Source: Oikopleura dioica
Lineage: Eukaryota > Animalia > Chordata
Assembly (NCBI GenBank): GCA_907165135.1
Contig: OU015568.1
Coordinates: 5,580,001-5,644,000 of the forward strand
DNA: 64,000 nucleotides
Reading direction: 5' to 3'
Translations under genes and position numbers: made by a program
Part shown: positions 11,117 to 23,308 of the stretch, one piece after another
How the letters are laid out: each line of letters begins with the position of its first letter
Numbering within the stretch: the stretch's first letter is position 1
Notes under the pieces: model-generated
What the model saw: only the letters and a program-made list of their open reading frames with translations
Told to the model about the DNA's origin: nothing
The model's database searches: none

Positions 11117-11603
11117 CAGGGTTCCAATTCTGGCTGAGCGCTGAGCGATATCTGAGCGTGAGCGAGCGATGAGCGAGCGAGCGATCGCTCACGCTCCGCT
11201 CACTCAACTGATTTTCATAGAGAACCGCTCAGTCGCTCGCTCGCTCAAGGTCAAAAATATGATAGCTGAGCGAGGTTCGAGCGAGGCTGGAGCGACTTTG
11301 GAGCGAGTTTTGAGCGACATTGGAGCGAGGTTTGAGCGCCGCTCGAGCGAGGTTTGAGCGACGCTTGAGCGAGGTTTATTAAAATTTCGCTCGAGCGTCG
11401 CTCAAATGTCGCTCAAATTTCGCTCAGATTTCGCTCAAATCTCGCTCAAATCTCGCTCAAACGTCGCTCGCTCAGTCGCTCCGCTCGCTCAGCCGATATT
11501 TGAAAAATCTCGCTCAGCCACTCGCTCGCTCAGCCCTCGCTCAAACGTCGCTCGCTCATCGCTCGCTCAAATTCAGAAATTTTTGGCCAAATTTGGAACC
11601 CTG
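11117..11603. mobile_element. hAT-like MITE with (GAGC/GCTC)n interior
   Basis: TIR cagggttccaa / ttggaaccctg; perfect 8-bp TSD tgtggaat (11109-11116, 11604-11611); empty site in copy A near 8743. Confidence 0.9.
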
Positions 11604-12202
11604 TGTGGAATGATGAGTGTCTCGGGCAAAAATGGATCCTTAAAAATCGCTTGGAGAATAGAACTGAAGGCTTTTCTCAAATTAACAGCAGAAACGTTTT
11701 ATTATTTTTCAGAAAAAAATTTAATTTGTAAATTTTCATAAAACCTTGTAAGACGCGACATTGGCTTCAAAAACCTTCCTGTTGACGAAATTGTCAATAA
11801 ATCTGGCTTTTCTTTCTGCGGCCGATCACAAGAGAAGAGATTTAGTGGAATCTCCTGGATCCCGGTTTTCAACAAATTTTCAGTCACATCCTCTCCTCTC
11901 GGGTACTTTTATTCATGAGCTTTTATTCTTACGTTATTTTAGGCGAACATTCTGCATATTCGATCGCTGAAAAGTTTTTCTCCTTTTTACCTCATTCTTA
12001 GGAAAAATAAAATTTCCCCGCGAATTCGCGATGTTTGCCCAATAAGTCCAAAAAGCGCCTTTTGATTTGTAGATTTTTACTTGTATTTGCTCGTCAAACT
12101 TGCTTCTGCTTCGCCCCGTCTCTCGAATTTTCGAGAAAAAACGACTTTTTGATTTATAAAAACGCCCATTTTTTCTACAAACAGGAAACGAGAAAAGAAA
12201 AA

Positions 12203-13314
12203 ATGACCGCAAAAGTGATTTTTCGGCAGCTTTTTGAAAAAGAGAGTTCGACTTTTTCCTACCTACTCGGCTGCAAACGAACGAGAAAGGCGATTTTGAT
12301 CGGTACTTTTTCCTCCTTGATTTCGGCGTTTTTAAACCCGTTCAGATCCGGTGGACATAACCGCCGCCCGCGATGCGGAAATCATCAGAGATTTGAACCT
12401 GAACCTTGCCTACGCGATCAACACTCATGTGCACGCAGACCACATCACAGGCACTCACAATCTTCGAGCCCACTTTCCAGAGGTCAAGACGGGACTTGGA
12501 TCCGGCGCGAAAATCGCCAAATCGGACGAGAAATTTCCGCATTTGCATATTCTCACTGTCGGAGGTACTCTCATTTTCCTTCGTTTTCTTTCTATTTTCT
12601 AGATATTTCGCTGGAAGTCAGGCACACACCTGGGCACACAAATGGTTGCGTAACTTATGTCGAGCACAAAATGGGCTTAGTTTTCACAGGCGATGCTGTA
12701 CTTATTCGGGGTTGTGGAAGAACTGACTTTCAAGAAGGTAAGACTTCATTTTGAGCGGGAAAAATAAGGGTGTCACAATGCTAATAAAGAAGAAAGTCAG
12801 GAATTGCAATTCAAGGGTAAAAATACTGTTCAGGATCCGCAGCAACCCTGTACAAATCTGTAATGGAGCAAATTTGGACTCTTCCTGATCACTTTATGGT
12901 AAGAAATTAGGGGACCCCCAAAGGGGATGGTTTCTGGAACCGACAAAGAAATTTCGACAAATTTTGTGTGGAAATTTTCAACCAATCAAAAGCCTGGATT
13001 TTGCGCACTGGCCAATCAGCAGCCGAGAACCCGCCCACGCAAAATTTGTCGAAATTGTTTTGTCTGTTCCAGACACCACCCCTCCCCCCCAAGTCCCCTA
13101 ACCCTAACCCTTTTGGTAGATTTATCCTGCCCACGACTACAAAGGCCGAACAGTTTCATCCGTCGACGAAGAAAAACGACTCAACCCCCGATTGACGAAG
13201 AAAAAAGACGAATTTATCCAAATCATGAACAACTTGAACCTTCCTTATCCAAAGAAAATCGACCTTGCCCTCCCCTGGAATATTAACTGTGGAGCAGAAC
13301 CGCTCGAAAAATAA
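12203..13314 (+). CDS. ETHE1: Persulfide dioxygenase (metallo-beta-lactamase fold), 5 exons
   Basis: [81 protein letters not shown] ... N-x-x-CG. A further upstream exon cannot be excluded. Confidence 0.95.
12929..13077. mobile_element. Family B palindromic MITE (GGTGTCTGGAACCGAC TIR, internal CCAATCA boxes) in an ETHE1 intron
   Basis: ~40-bp arms; further copies at ~36193, 45023, 52740, 54545, 55385 and 55811. Confidence 0.8.
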
Positions 13315-13819
13315 ATGAAAAAATTAGCTTGAGAGTCTCTTTCTTGTTTTGATTTCTGAAAGCAGCTCTAGAGTCTCGCGGCTCCAATTACAGTGTAGAT
13401 AATTTCAAATCAAAAAAGGGCTGAGGAAAATTTAGCGGAATGGAGCCCGTCGCGCCCAGGGGCCCGGTTGAGACAGCGGTGACACCGTCGCTCCTCCTTC
13501 TGAACTACAAAAACCAGCAGATTTTTCAAAGCTACAGAGAACATACAGGAAGAACGAAAGAACTGAAGGTTCGTACGATTGTTTTTTGGGGTTATAATGA
13601 AAATTGAGTTAGAAAATAAATTCCAACCGAAAGTTTTAATTTTCCGCGTCTTTTTTCTTCATAATTTCCTTTTTTCCATGAAAAGCCGGGTGCGGCTTTT
13701 TCTTCGTTTAAAGAATTTGGCGGCTTTTTCATCTTGTTTTTTCTGTTTTTAATTTGATTTTTTGAAAGCCGCGTTCGGCTTTTTCATCGTTCTAGTTATT
13801 TTGAGTCGAAAAATTAGAA

Positions 13820-13975
13820 ATTTTGACTCAAAAAATTGAATTTTTGACTCAAAAATCGAAAATCTTGATTCGGAAAATCGAAAATTTCGACTTAAAAAAA
13901 TCGAAAATTCTGACTCGAAAAATAGAAGATTTTGACTCGAAATTGAAAATTGAAAATTTTGACCCAAAAAACTGA
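13820..13975. repeat. Degenerate ~20-bp tandem repeat (TTTTGACTCGAAAATCGAAAA-like)
   Basis: About seven degenerate units; similar units near 55280-55370. Confidence 0.55.
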
Positions 13976-14213
13976 AAATTCTTGAAAAATAAATTCTTGA
14001 GCGGATTATTCGTTCCTGGATTTCTCGCGTTTTCGCCTCTAGAAAAACACTTTCAGTCCCGCTGGCTTTGGATCAAACAGCCTTCGCCGCTGGTGGTTAT
14101 AAAAACAGAGTTTATCCCTTTCCTCCTGATCGGTTGTCAAAATTTCACGCGCCACTTGGCGGAAATTGCCGCTTTTAGAAATCTAGCGCCGAGAATTCTG
14201 AGCCGAAAAAGGG

Positions 14214-17200
14214 ATGGCGGACGATTTTCTAACCCAATCCGATCGCGATGTGCAGCGACTCGTGGAGGACCTCGAGGACGTCATCAGGTCGCCGCTCGAT
14301 TCTGAGTCCAGTATGTCTGTAAAACAGGAAAGAGGGTTGAAATTTCAAGATGAGGCGAAGTGATAAGAAGTTGCGCTGATAAGAGAAAAGGAAGACAACG
14401 AAGATTATTAACTTTAAAGAAATCATTTACGAGCGTTTAATATTCGGCTCGAAAACCTGTGTAAAAACCTGACTCAGGTTCTGAAAAAGCTAAAATAAAA
14501 AGCCGCGTAGCGGCTTATTTGATAATGAAGCCGCTTTGCGGCTACTTCTTCGAATAAGCCGCTACGCGGCTTTAAATTTTAGCTCATTCAGAACATGACT
14601 CAGGTTTTTTACACAGGTTGCCGAGTCCAAGTATAAACCTGATTAAATCTTCTTTTTTCGCTCATTTTCAACCCTCAAAAACAGGAAAACATCTTGGATG
14701 GCTTCGGCAGCTCAGACCAGTTCATCAACCAAATGCTCAGCTCGTCCACTCCGAGCGAATTGCCGGACTTGGGCGCGGAACTGCCCGATCTGGGAATGGA
14801 GACGGATTTAAAGCCAAATATTAACCCTTTGAATTCGTCAGGTAGCAGTAACAATAATAACAATAACAGAAAAGGTGAATATTTTATTTTGAAGTCGAAA
14901 ATAAAATATCAATTAGTTTCTTGAAAATAAATTATTTTGGTGCAGGTGGTAGAAGTTTTGGTGATAAACATGGGCTTTTTCGACTCGAAAAATGAGCTCT
15001 TTACTAAATTAAAAATTTTTGATTGATTTCAAGAAAAACCGGGCAAAATAAAAAAAGGAAGTGATTTTTTCAATCTGGCTTTTGATTGGTCGGCAGGCAA
15101 AATACAGGATTCTTATTGGATATCCAAAAATGCACTTCCTTTTAATTGAGTCCGAAATTGAATAAGATAGACACGCCCTTAATTTTTCGGACTAAACCAA
15201 TTTTTGGAAGTGAATTTTTTGATTACCAATAAGATTGCTGTATTTGGCCTACAAGCCAATCAAAAACCTTTCCATTTTCTCAGCAAAAAACAACAAAATT
15301 CTAGATCAAAACGCCTTCTCCCCAACCTCCCACCACTCCGCCGAAACCAACCAGGGTCCAATCTACCAAGACCAAGAAGAATCCTACCCCTTCGCCGGAA
15401 CCTGGAACAAAGTCCGCGACTTTCTCGAGTCCAACATTCAGCTCTTCCAAGGTCTGAAAAGCTAAAAAAACGACTTTAGGAACTCATTTGTTTAGGAATT
15501 TACGGAAGCCAGTTTCCAATTCAATTTGTCCAGATTCGATCGCATTTTGCCGATCCGCTTGAAAAGCAGCGCTGGCATTTGATTGATCCAGGTCAGAATT
15601 TTTCCTCTGAAAAATTTTCATTTTTGTTTTTAGACGATTACGGTCCGCCAGAAGAAAATATCGCGATGGAAATCGTGCACAACTTGCTCAAGGCCATGCA
15701 GCGTCGATGCGAAGAAACGATGGAGGTAAAGTCAAAGCTCTCGAAATACGATTCTAGCGCTTTTCAGGTCGATCAAAAGCTGCTTTTCTACAACTTGGGG
15801 ACTTGGTTCCAGAATGTCTACGGAAATAACCCGATGGAACTCGTCAGAATGGTCAAAAAAGTCCTCTCCGTCGAACAAATGATCATCCAAAACGCCTCTC
15901 AGCAGCCAAACGGTACAGTTTCTTCCCCACTTTTCACCCTAAAACCTGCTTCAGCGAGCTCAGAAAGCAAGGTCACTCAAGAATCAGTCACCAATCGCCA
16001 CGCCGAAATCACGTCTCAGTGCGAGCAATGCATGAAAATCACGCAAGAAACTGAAAACCAGCTGCAAAAAGTCTGCCGGCTTCAAGAATACATGATGATT
16101 ACCAGAAGCCATTTGGAAGTCTACTGTAAGTCCAACCCAATCAACGAACAATTGATTGTCTTTTTCAGCGAAACTGGCGGAAAGCGGGCAATTGAGTCAG
16201 GAACAGAGGCAGCAGTGGCAATCAGAAGCTGCGAAGCATCAAGAATATGAAAACAACTTGGTTACGCTCAGAAAAGAAATCATCAAAAATCATGAGAAAA
16301 TCATCAATATCATGCAAGAACTACACGGACAGGTAATTTTCCAATCATTTTAATGAGGAACCCGGATTATTGTTGTATCAATATGGAATTTTAAAAAGGG
16401 GAAATCAACACTCTTTTTCGAGAAAAATTTTCATACTATTTTTATACTCTCGAATTACGGTTTTCTCTTTTGATAGGTATAGCAGGTTGTCACTTCCAAC
16501 CTTTCGGGCGATCCCGAATGTTTCGGGATTTCCCGAATCTTTCGGGATTACTCCCGAATCTTTCGGGATTACTCCCGAATCTTTCGGGATTACTCCCGAA
16601 TCTTTCGGGATTACTCCCGAATCTTTCGGGATTACTCCCGAATCTTTCGGGAATTCCCGAACCTTTCGGGATCGCCCGAATCATTCGGGAAATTTGTTGA
16701 GGATTACGTTATAAAAGTGGTATAAATGCCGAATTCGGGCATTTTACTTATCAAAAGATATCTCTAGCTGCCTTCGTCAAATTCGATGGTCTAAGAAGGC
16801 CATACCTTGTTTCAATTGTGAATTTGCAGTCAAAGAGAATGTATGCGCTCCGCGCCTGTCTTATAGAGAACTTCATGAGTTATAAATCCAAAAATTCGTG
16901 TAAATTATTTTTTTTCGTTCGCGCCTTCATTTGCTTCAATAAAGATGTACGTAGACGTTACTATTTTGCTTTAAATATTTTCTCGGACAGAAATCATTGA
17001 AAATCATCCCCGAAAGGTTCGAAGACATAAAGGCTCATTTTCACTGCGAATGTTTCGGGAAATCCCGAAACATTCGGGATCCCGAAAGGTTGGAAGATTC
17101 AACCGGTATAGCAAACGAAATTAATTTTTTTGCATTTTTTTCATTTCAAAATTAAGGTGGTGTACACAGAAACCCGAAGTCTTGAGCGATCCCAAGCCGC

Positions 17201-19024
17201 TGCGTACAACGGTGCTCCTCAATATTCGACTCTAGAACAGCTCGAACAATGGTATCAGAGTCTCGCCACGATCATCTGGAAGAGTCTCCGCCAACTCGTC
17301 CATCTCGAAGGTACTCCTTCCCCTCCTTTCCTTTCCTATCCAAGTTCTAGGGCAGCCGATTCCCATCAGAGATGGTCAAAACCCCCTTCCCAACATGAAA
17401 TCGTCCTACGTCTCGTTCCTCGGCTCCCTGGTCGAGCGAGGACTCGTCATCGAAAAACAACCCCCTCAAGTGTTGATGAAAGACAAACGATTCGTTGGAA
17501 CGCTGAGGCATCTCGTTGGAGACAAATTGGATATTCACAAAGTCGCTTTCCAAGTTCGAGCTCATCTCGTTTCGGACGAAAATGCCAGACGAATTCTCGC
17601 TAAAGGCGAATTGTAAGCGAATTTTCAGCTTTTCGGGAAGATAATCGTCTTTTTCAGCATCGGTTCGGGCAAGATCGTCAATCATACAGTCATGACAGAG
17701 TACCACGAGCACTCTAGAATCCTCCAAGCCAACTTCCGAAACATGACTCTTCGCGATAAAGGACGAGGAGATCGTCGAGGAACAGAATCCGTCGCTGAGG
17801 AAAAATTTGCGATTGTTTTCCAAGCTGATATTGTTGTCAGGTGAGATTTCAACTAAGTGAAAGTCCAAATATACGATTTTCTAGGTCACCGGCTTGCGAA
17901 TTTACAGTGACGGCGCAGACGCTTTCGCTGCCTGTTGTTGTCATTTCTCATGGAAAACAAGAAGCAAATGCTGCGGCGACGATTTTCTGGGACAATGCGT
18001 TTTCTGAAGATGTAAGTAAATCACCATTAACGGTTTCTCTATGATAGGACATTTGATTTTTTAATCAAATCAAATAACCGATATAATTTATTAAATAACT
18101 GAATACGATAGGGTATATCTGCATTCAAAGATACTTTCAAAAGCTAAATTTATCAATTCTAGCAACGAGTTCCCTACCAAGTCCCAGAACGAGTCTCCTG
18201 GGGCCGTTTTATGGAAGCCGTCGATTTCAAATGGCAATCTGAATGCCGCACAAAAGTTGGCCTCAAGCAGCGAGCTAGAGATTACCTCGCTTCGAAGATC
18301 TTTGGAAGAGCGGTGCCAGATGGTCAGGATTTTTGCTGGAGGCAGCTGAACAGGGACAATATTCCGGGGCATAACTTTACTTTCTGGCAGTGGCTCTATT
18401 CTGTTCTTGAATTGACAAAGGTAAGAAGAAAAGAATGATTCTAGGGACCGATTTTTTTCTAGTCGCGATACATTCAACCTCACTGGAATCAAACGACCAT
18501 CGAAGGCTTCATCTCAAAATCAGAATGCCAGAGCCTCCTTCTTTCAAAGGGCCCTGGAACATTTATGCTTCGGTTCTCAGATTCCAAGCTCGGTGGAATT
18601 TCGACCGCGTATGTGGCGAAAAATGACGATGGAAGCATTGAAGTCAAGCATCTTGAGCCGGATTCCTTGAAAATTCTACAGGTAATAATTCGTCTTCTTC
18701 AAAATAAGGGGAGAATAAAAAAAAAATTGATTTTATGGATATGGGCTCTGATTGGCTGGTTGGCCGAATGAAGCAATCTTATTGGCTAGCCAAAATACAC
18801 TTCCAATTTTCGGTTTAGTCCAAAATAAGAGCTTTCTTCGTTGATTTTAACTTTTTCTTCAGGTGCGAAGTCTAGCAGACATGGTCAAGGATTTCTCCCA
18901 ACTGGTCAAGCTCTTCCCAGACCGACCGAAACACGATGCCTTTTCGAAATTCTACACTTCGAAGCCGGTCCAAGATGGCCCCTACGTCAAGAAAACGCTC
19001 GTTGCTCATATTGAAGAAAGTTAA
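14214..19024 (+). CDS. STAT: STAT transcription factor (STAT5/6-like), full-length copy; the 5' exons are uncertain and the start may be near 14694
   Basis: N-domain IYGSQFP...; [12 protein letters not shown]; [39 protein letters not shown]; ESVAEEKF; [28 protein letters not shown]; SH2 GFISK...[14 protein letters not shown]; phospho-Tyr motif DGPYVKK; TAA at 19022. Confidence 0.92.
14442..14628. mobile_element. Family A MITE
   Basis: TIR cores at ~14468 and ~14594; three GCCGC-N3-GCGGC hairpins. Confidence 0.75.
16485..17104. mobile_element. Mutator-like MITE with a tandem palindromic 21-mer array, in a STAT intron
   Basis: Perfect 9-bp TSD ggtatagca (16476-16484, 17105-17113); GG...CC ends; TIR ggttg..ttccaacctttcggg; five exact ttcgggattactcccgaatct units at 16541-16645; absent from the paralogous intron. 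Confidence 0.88.
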
Positions 19025-19509
19025 ACTTTGTCATATTATGATTTTCATAATTGGGAACCGCCAATTTATCCCAAAAAGTGTTTTCTGATAACCGTGCCTT
19101 TCATTCTTCTTCTCGAAGAGATTCAGTTTATATATTTATTTAGCCGCCGTTTTTCACCTGTTTTTCTTGACAATTATTTTTTCTTTCCGTTTCACCAAAA
19201 CCTGCCAGAAATAAATGAATGCATCAATATTTGAAATTCGAAAATTTTTCCGCAATTGTTGAAATCAACGAGGAAAATGTCCATAAAAAGCAATTTTAGA
19301 CAGCTAAAAAAACCTCTCATACTGATTGCCAATAAAAAATCAAAAATTCATCATCACTAAAAGCTCTTTAAATATCGCTGTAAATCATCAGAACTCAGCA
19401 AAAAAATGATTTTTTTCAAAGCAGTATTTTTCCTTAGCAGCTCGGTGTTTGGCTATCCCTATTTGTGTTTTCCGGAAAAGCTGAATGCAATCAACTCTTT
19501 GACGCGATT

Positions 19510-22041
19510 GTCCTCTCGGTCGAGCAAATGATCATTCAGAACGCTTCTCAGCAACCAAACGGTACAGTTTCGCCCCCACTTTTCACCCTAAATCCCGTTT
19601 CAGCGAGCTCAGAAAGTAAGGTCACTCAAGAATCAGTAACAAATCGCCACGCCGAAATCACGTCTCAGTGCGAACAATGCATGAAAATCACGCAAGAAAC
19701 TGAAAACCAGCTTCAAAAAGTCTGCCGGCTTCAAGAATACATGATGATTACCAGAAGCCATTTGGAAGTCTACTGTAAGTCTGCACCAAAAAAGGCGAGG
19801 AATAAGACTTTTTCAGCAAAACTGGCGGAGAGCGGTCAATTGAGTCAGGAACAGAGGCAGCAGTGGCAATCGGAAGCTGCGAAGCATCAAGAATATGAAA
19901 ACAACCTGGTTACGCTCAGAAAAGAGATCATCAAAAATCATGAGAAAATTATCAATATCATGCAAGAACTCCATGGACAGGTAATGTTTCCTTGAAGATG
20001 GCTACTTTCTCGTCAACCTTCGAAAGGCACTTTCGAAAAATCATCACTCAGGTCGACATTATGCTTCGAAAAAAAATATGAATTTTTTTTTTTGGCATTT
20101 ATGGATTTACGGTCTACAATCTTATTATTGAGCATAATTCAAGAAAGAAATTTTTCTTCATCCAAAATTCAGGTCGTGTACACAGAAACCCGAAGTCTCG
20201 AGCGATCTCAAGCCGCTGCGTACAACGGAGCTCCTCAATATTCGACTCTAGAACAGCTAGAACAATGGTACCAGAGCCTCGCCACGATCATCTGGAAGAG
20301 TCTCCGCCAACTCGTCCATCTTGAAGGTACCCCTACCCCTCTCTTCCTTCCCTATCCAAGTTCTAGGGCAGCCAATTCCAATCAGAGACGGTCAGAACCC
20401 CCTTCCAAACATGAAATCGTCCTACGTCTCGTTCCTCGGCTCCCTGGTCGAGCGAGGGCTCGTCATCGAAAAACAGCCCCCTCAAGTGTTGATGAAAGAC
20501 AAACGATTTGTTGGAACGCTGAGGCATCTCGTTGGCGACAAATTGGATATTCACAAAGTCGCTTTCCAAGTTCGAGCTCATCTCGTTTCGGACGAAAATG
20601 CCAGAAGAATTCTCGCCAAGGGCGAATTGTAAGCGAATTTTCAGCTTTTCGGGAAGATAATCGTCTTTTTCAGCATCGGTTCGGGCAAAATCGTCAATCA
20701 TACAGTGATGACCGAGTACCACGAGCACTCTAGAATCCTCCAAGCCAACTTCCGAAACATGACTCTTCGCGATAAAGGACGAGGAGATCGTCGAGGAACA
20801 GAATCCGTCGCTGAGGAAAAATTTGCGATTGTTTTCCAAGCTGATATTGTTGTCAGGTGAGATTTCAACTAAGTGAAAGTCCAAATATACGATTTTCTAG
20901 GTCACCGGCTTGCGAATTTACAGTGACGGCGCAGACGCTTTCGCTGCCTGTTGTTGTCATTTCTCATGGAAAACAAGAAGCAAATGCTGCGGCGACGATT
21001 TTCTGGGACAATGCGTTTTCTGAAGATGTAAGTAAATCACCATTAACGGTTTCTCTATGATAGGACATTTGATTTTTAATCAAATCAAATAACCGATATA
21101 ATTTATTAAATAACTGAATACGATAGGGTATATCTGCATTCAAAGATACTTTCAAAAGCTAAATTTATCAATTCTAGCAACGAGTTCCCTACCAAGTCCC
21201 AGAACGAGTCTCCTGGGGCCGTTTTATGGAAGCCGTCGATTTCAAATGGCAATCTGAATGCCGCACAAAAGTTGGCCTCAAGCAGCGAGCTAGAGATTAC
21301 CTCGCTTCGAAGATCTTTGGAAGAGCGGTGCCAGATGGTCAGGATTTTTGCTGGAGGCAGCTGAACAGGGACAATATTCCGGGGCATAACTTTACTTTCT
21401 GGCAGTGGCTCTATTCTGTTCTTGAATTGACAAAGGTAAGAAGAAAAGAATGATTCTAGGGACCGATTTTTTCTAGTCGCGATACATTCAACCTCACTGG
21501 AATCAAACGACCATCGAAGGCTTCATCTCAAAATCAGAATGCCAGAGCCTCCTTCTTTCAAAGGGCCCTGGAACATTTATGCTTCGGTTCTCAGATTCCA
21601 AGCTCGGTGGAATTTCGACCGCGTATGTGGCGAAAAATGACGATGGAAGCATTGAAGTCAAGCATCTTGAGCCGGATTCCTTGAAAATTCTACAGGTAAT
21701 AATTCGTCTTCTTCAAAATAAGGGGAGAATCAAAAAAAGGAATTGATTTTATGGATATGGGCTCTGATTGGTCGGTATGCCAAATACAGCAATCTTATTG
21801 GCTATCCAAAATACACTTCCAATTTTCCGTTTAGTTCGAAATAAGAGCTTTCTTCCTTGATTTCAACCATTTACTTCAGGTGCGAAGTCTAGCAGACATG
21901 GTCAAAGACTTCTCCCAACTGGTGAAACTCTTCCCAGATCGACCAAAACACGATGCCTTTTCGAAATTCTACACTTCGAAGCCGGTCCAAGATGGCCCCT
22001 ACGTCAAGAAAACGCTCGTTGCTCATATTGAAGAAAGTTAA
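19510..22041 (+). CDS. STAT: Partial tandem STAT duplicate lacking the N-terminal domain (coiled-coil, DNA-binding, linker, SH2 and Tyr motif intact)
   Basis: Colinear with 15861-19024; junction gacgcg-att-gtcctctc at 19501-19517; first in-frame ATG at 19528; exon differences seen are largely synonymous. Confidence 0.7.
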
Positions 22042-22612
22042 CCTTTGTCATTTTTATGATTTTCATAATTGGGAACCGCCAATTTATCCCAAAAAAAGAG
22101 TGTTTTCTGATAACCGTGCCTTTCATTCTTCTTCTCGAAGAGATTCAGTTTATATATTTATTTAGCCGCCGTTTTTCACCTGTTTTTCTTGACAATTATT
22201 TTTTCTTTCCGTTTCACCAAAACCTGCCAGAAATAAATGAATGTATCAATATCTGAAATTCGAAAAATTTTCCGCAATCGTTGAAATCAAGGAGGAAAAT
22301 GTCCATTAAAAGCAATTTTAGACAGCTAAAAATCCTCTCATACTGAAAGCCAATATATAATTAAAAATTCATCATCACTAAAAGCTCTATAAATATCGCT
22401 GAAAATCATCAGAACTCAGCAAAAAAAATGATTTTTTTCAAAGCAGTATTTTTCCTTAGCAGCTCGGTGTTTGGCTATCCCTATTTGTGTTTTCCGGAAA
22501 AGCTGAATGCAATCAACTCTTTGACGCGTCTGGAGAAGGAAAAATGGATACGAGAATTTTCGATTGCTTTGGGTCGAGTTCCGCCTGTCAATACTCCAGC
22601 GCTTACTGTGTA

Positions 22613-23308
22613 CAGGGTTTGAAAAGTCACAAATTTTGACTGAGCATGAGCACGGCTGAGCACGGTGAGCTCAAATTTTGGCTGAGCCTGAGCACGATTG
22701 AGCATCCGCGTGCTCAAATTAAGCTGAGCCTGAGCATGATTGAGCACCCGCCTGCTCAAATTTCACTGAGCCTGAGCACGCTGAGCATGCTCAAGCAATC
22801 TTGCTCCATAAAAGAACACAAAAAATCAAATTTTCAATGAGAACCATAAATATGCTTAAAACCAGGATAATTTCAATTTTTAAAACTATGGGTGTAGGTG
22901 GGGTTGGGCACAAAACTGAGATAGATCAACTCAGTTTTCCAAGCCTAAATGTCAAGCCCCTTAAATTCAAAAATCAAGGAACGGGGCTGAGACGGCTCGA
23001 AGGGCCGTCAAGCCCCTTAAATTTAAAAAATCAAGGAACGGGGCTGAGACGGCCCGTAAGAAAAAAAAATTTGAAAATAAAGAAAAGAAGAAAAATTTTG
23101 CTCAAACGTGCTCAGAGCATTTGAGCACGCATTTCAGAGACTCGTGAGCATGAGCACGGCTGAGCACGCGAATGCTCAGATTTTATTGAGCTTGAGCACG
23201 GCTGAGCACGACACGCTGGAATTTTCGTTGAGCTTGAGCACGCTGAGCATGCTCAGTGCTCATGTTCAGTGCTCTGAGCATGCTCATGCTCGGACTTTTC
23301 AAACCCTG
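22613..23308. mobile_element. hAT-like MITE with (GAGCA)-rich arms and unrelated internal sequence
   Basis: TIR cagggtttgaaaagtc / gacttttcaaaccctg; perfect 8-bp TSD actgtgta (22605-22612, 23309-23316). Confidence 0.9.

Larger units (their letters stand above)
9262..12001 (+). pseudogene. Copy B of the tandem gene, interrupted by three exonic MITE insertions
   Basis: Colinear with copy A. Insertions at 9344, 10059 and 11117 each have an 8-bp TSD at sites that are empty in copy A. Confidence 0.7.

Noticed and set aside
9344-11603. Whether the 9344, 10059 and 11117 insertions could also be perfect introns
   Set aside because: No canonical donor-acceptor pair across their TSDs restores the frame; treated as disruptive pending RNA data.
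11169-11741. ORFs in the GAGC-rich region, and similar ORFs at 22481-23344 and 26461-27223
   Set aside because: They are generated by low-complexity MITE arms and have no domain signature.
16490-16700. CRISPR-like palindromic repeat array and repetitive ORFs (ITPESFG / NPERFGS)
   Set aside because: The repeats abut with no unique spacers, there are no cas genes, and the array lies inside a TSD-flanked MITE in a eukaryotic intron; the ORFs are by-products.
17347-21387. Duplicated minus-strand ORFs (173 aa and 133/93 aa) in the STAT region
   Set aside because: Antisense shadows, duplicated only because STAT is duplicated.
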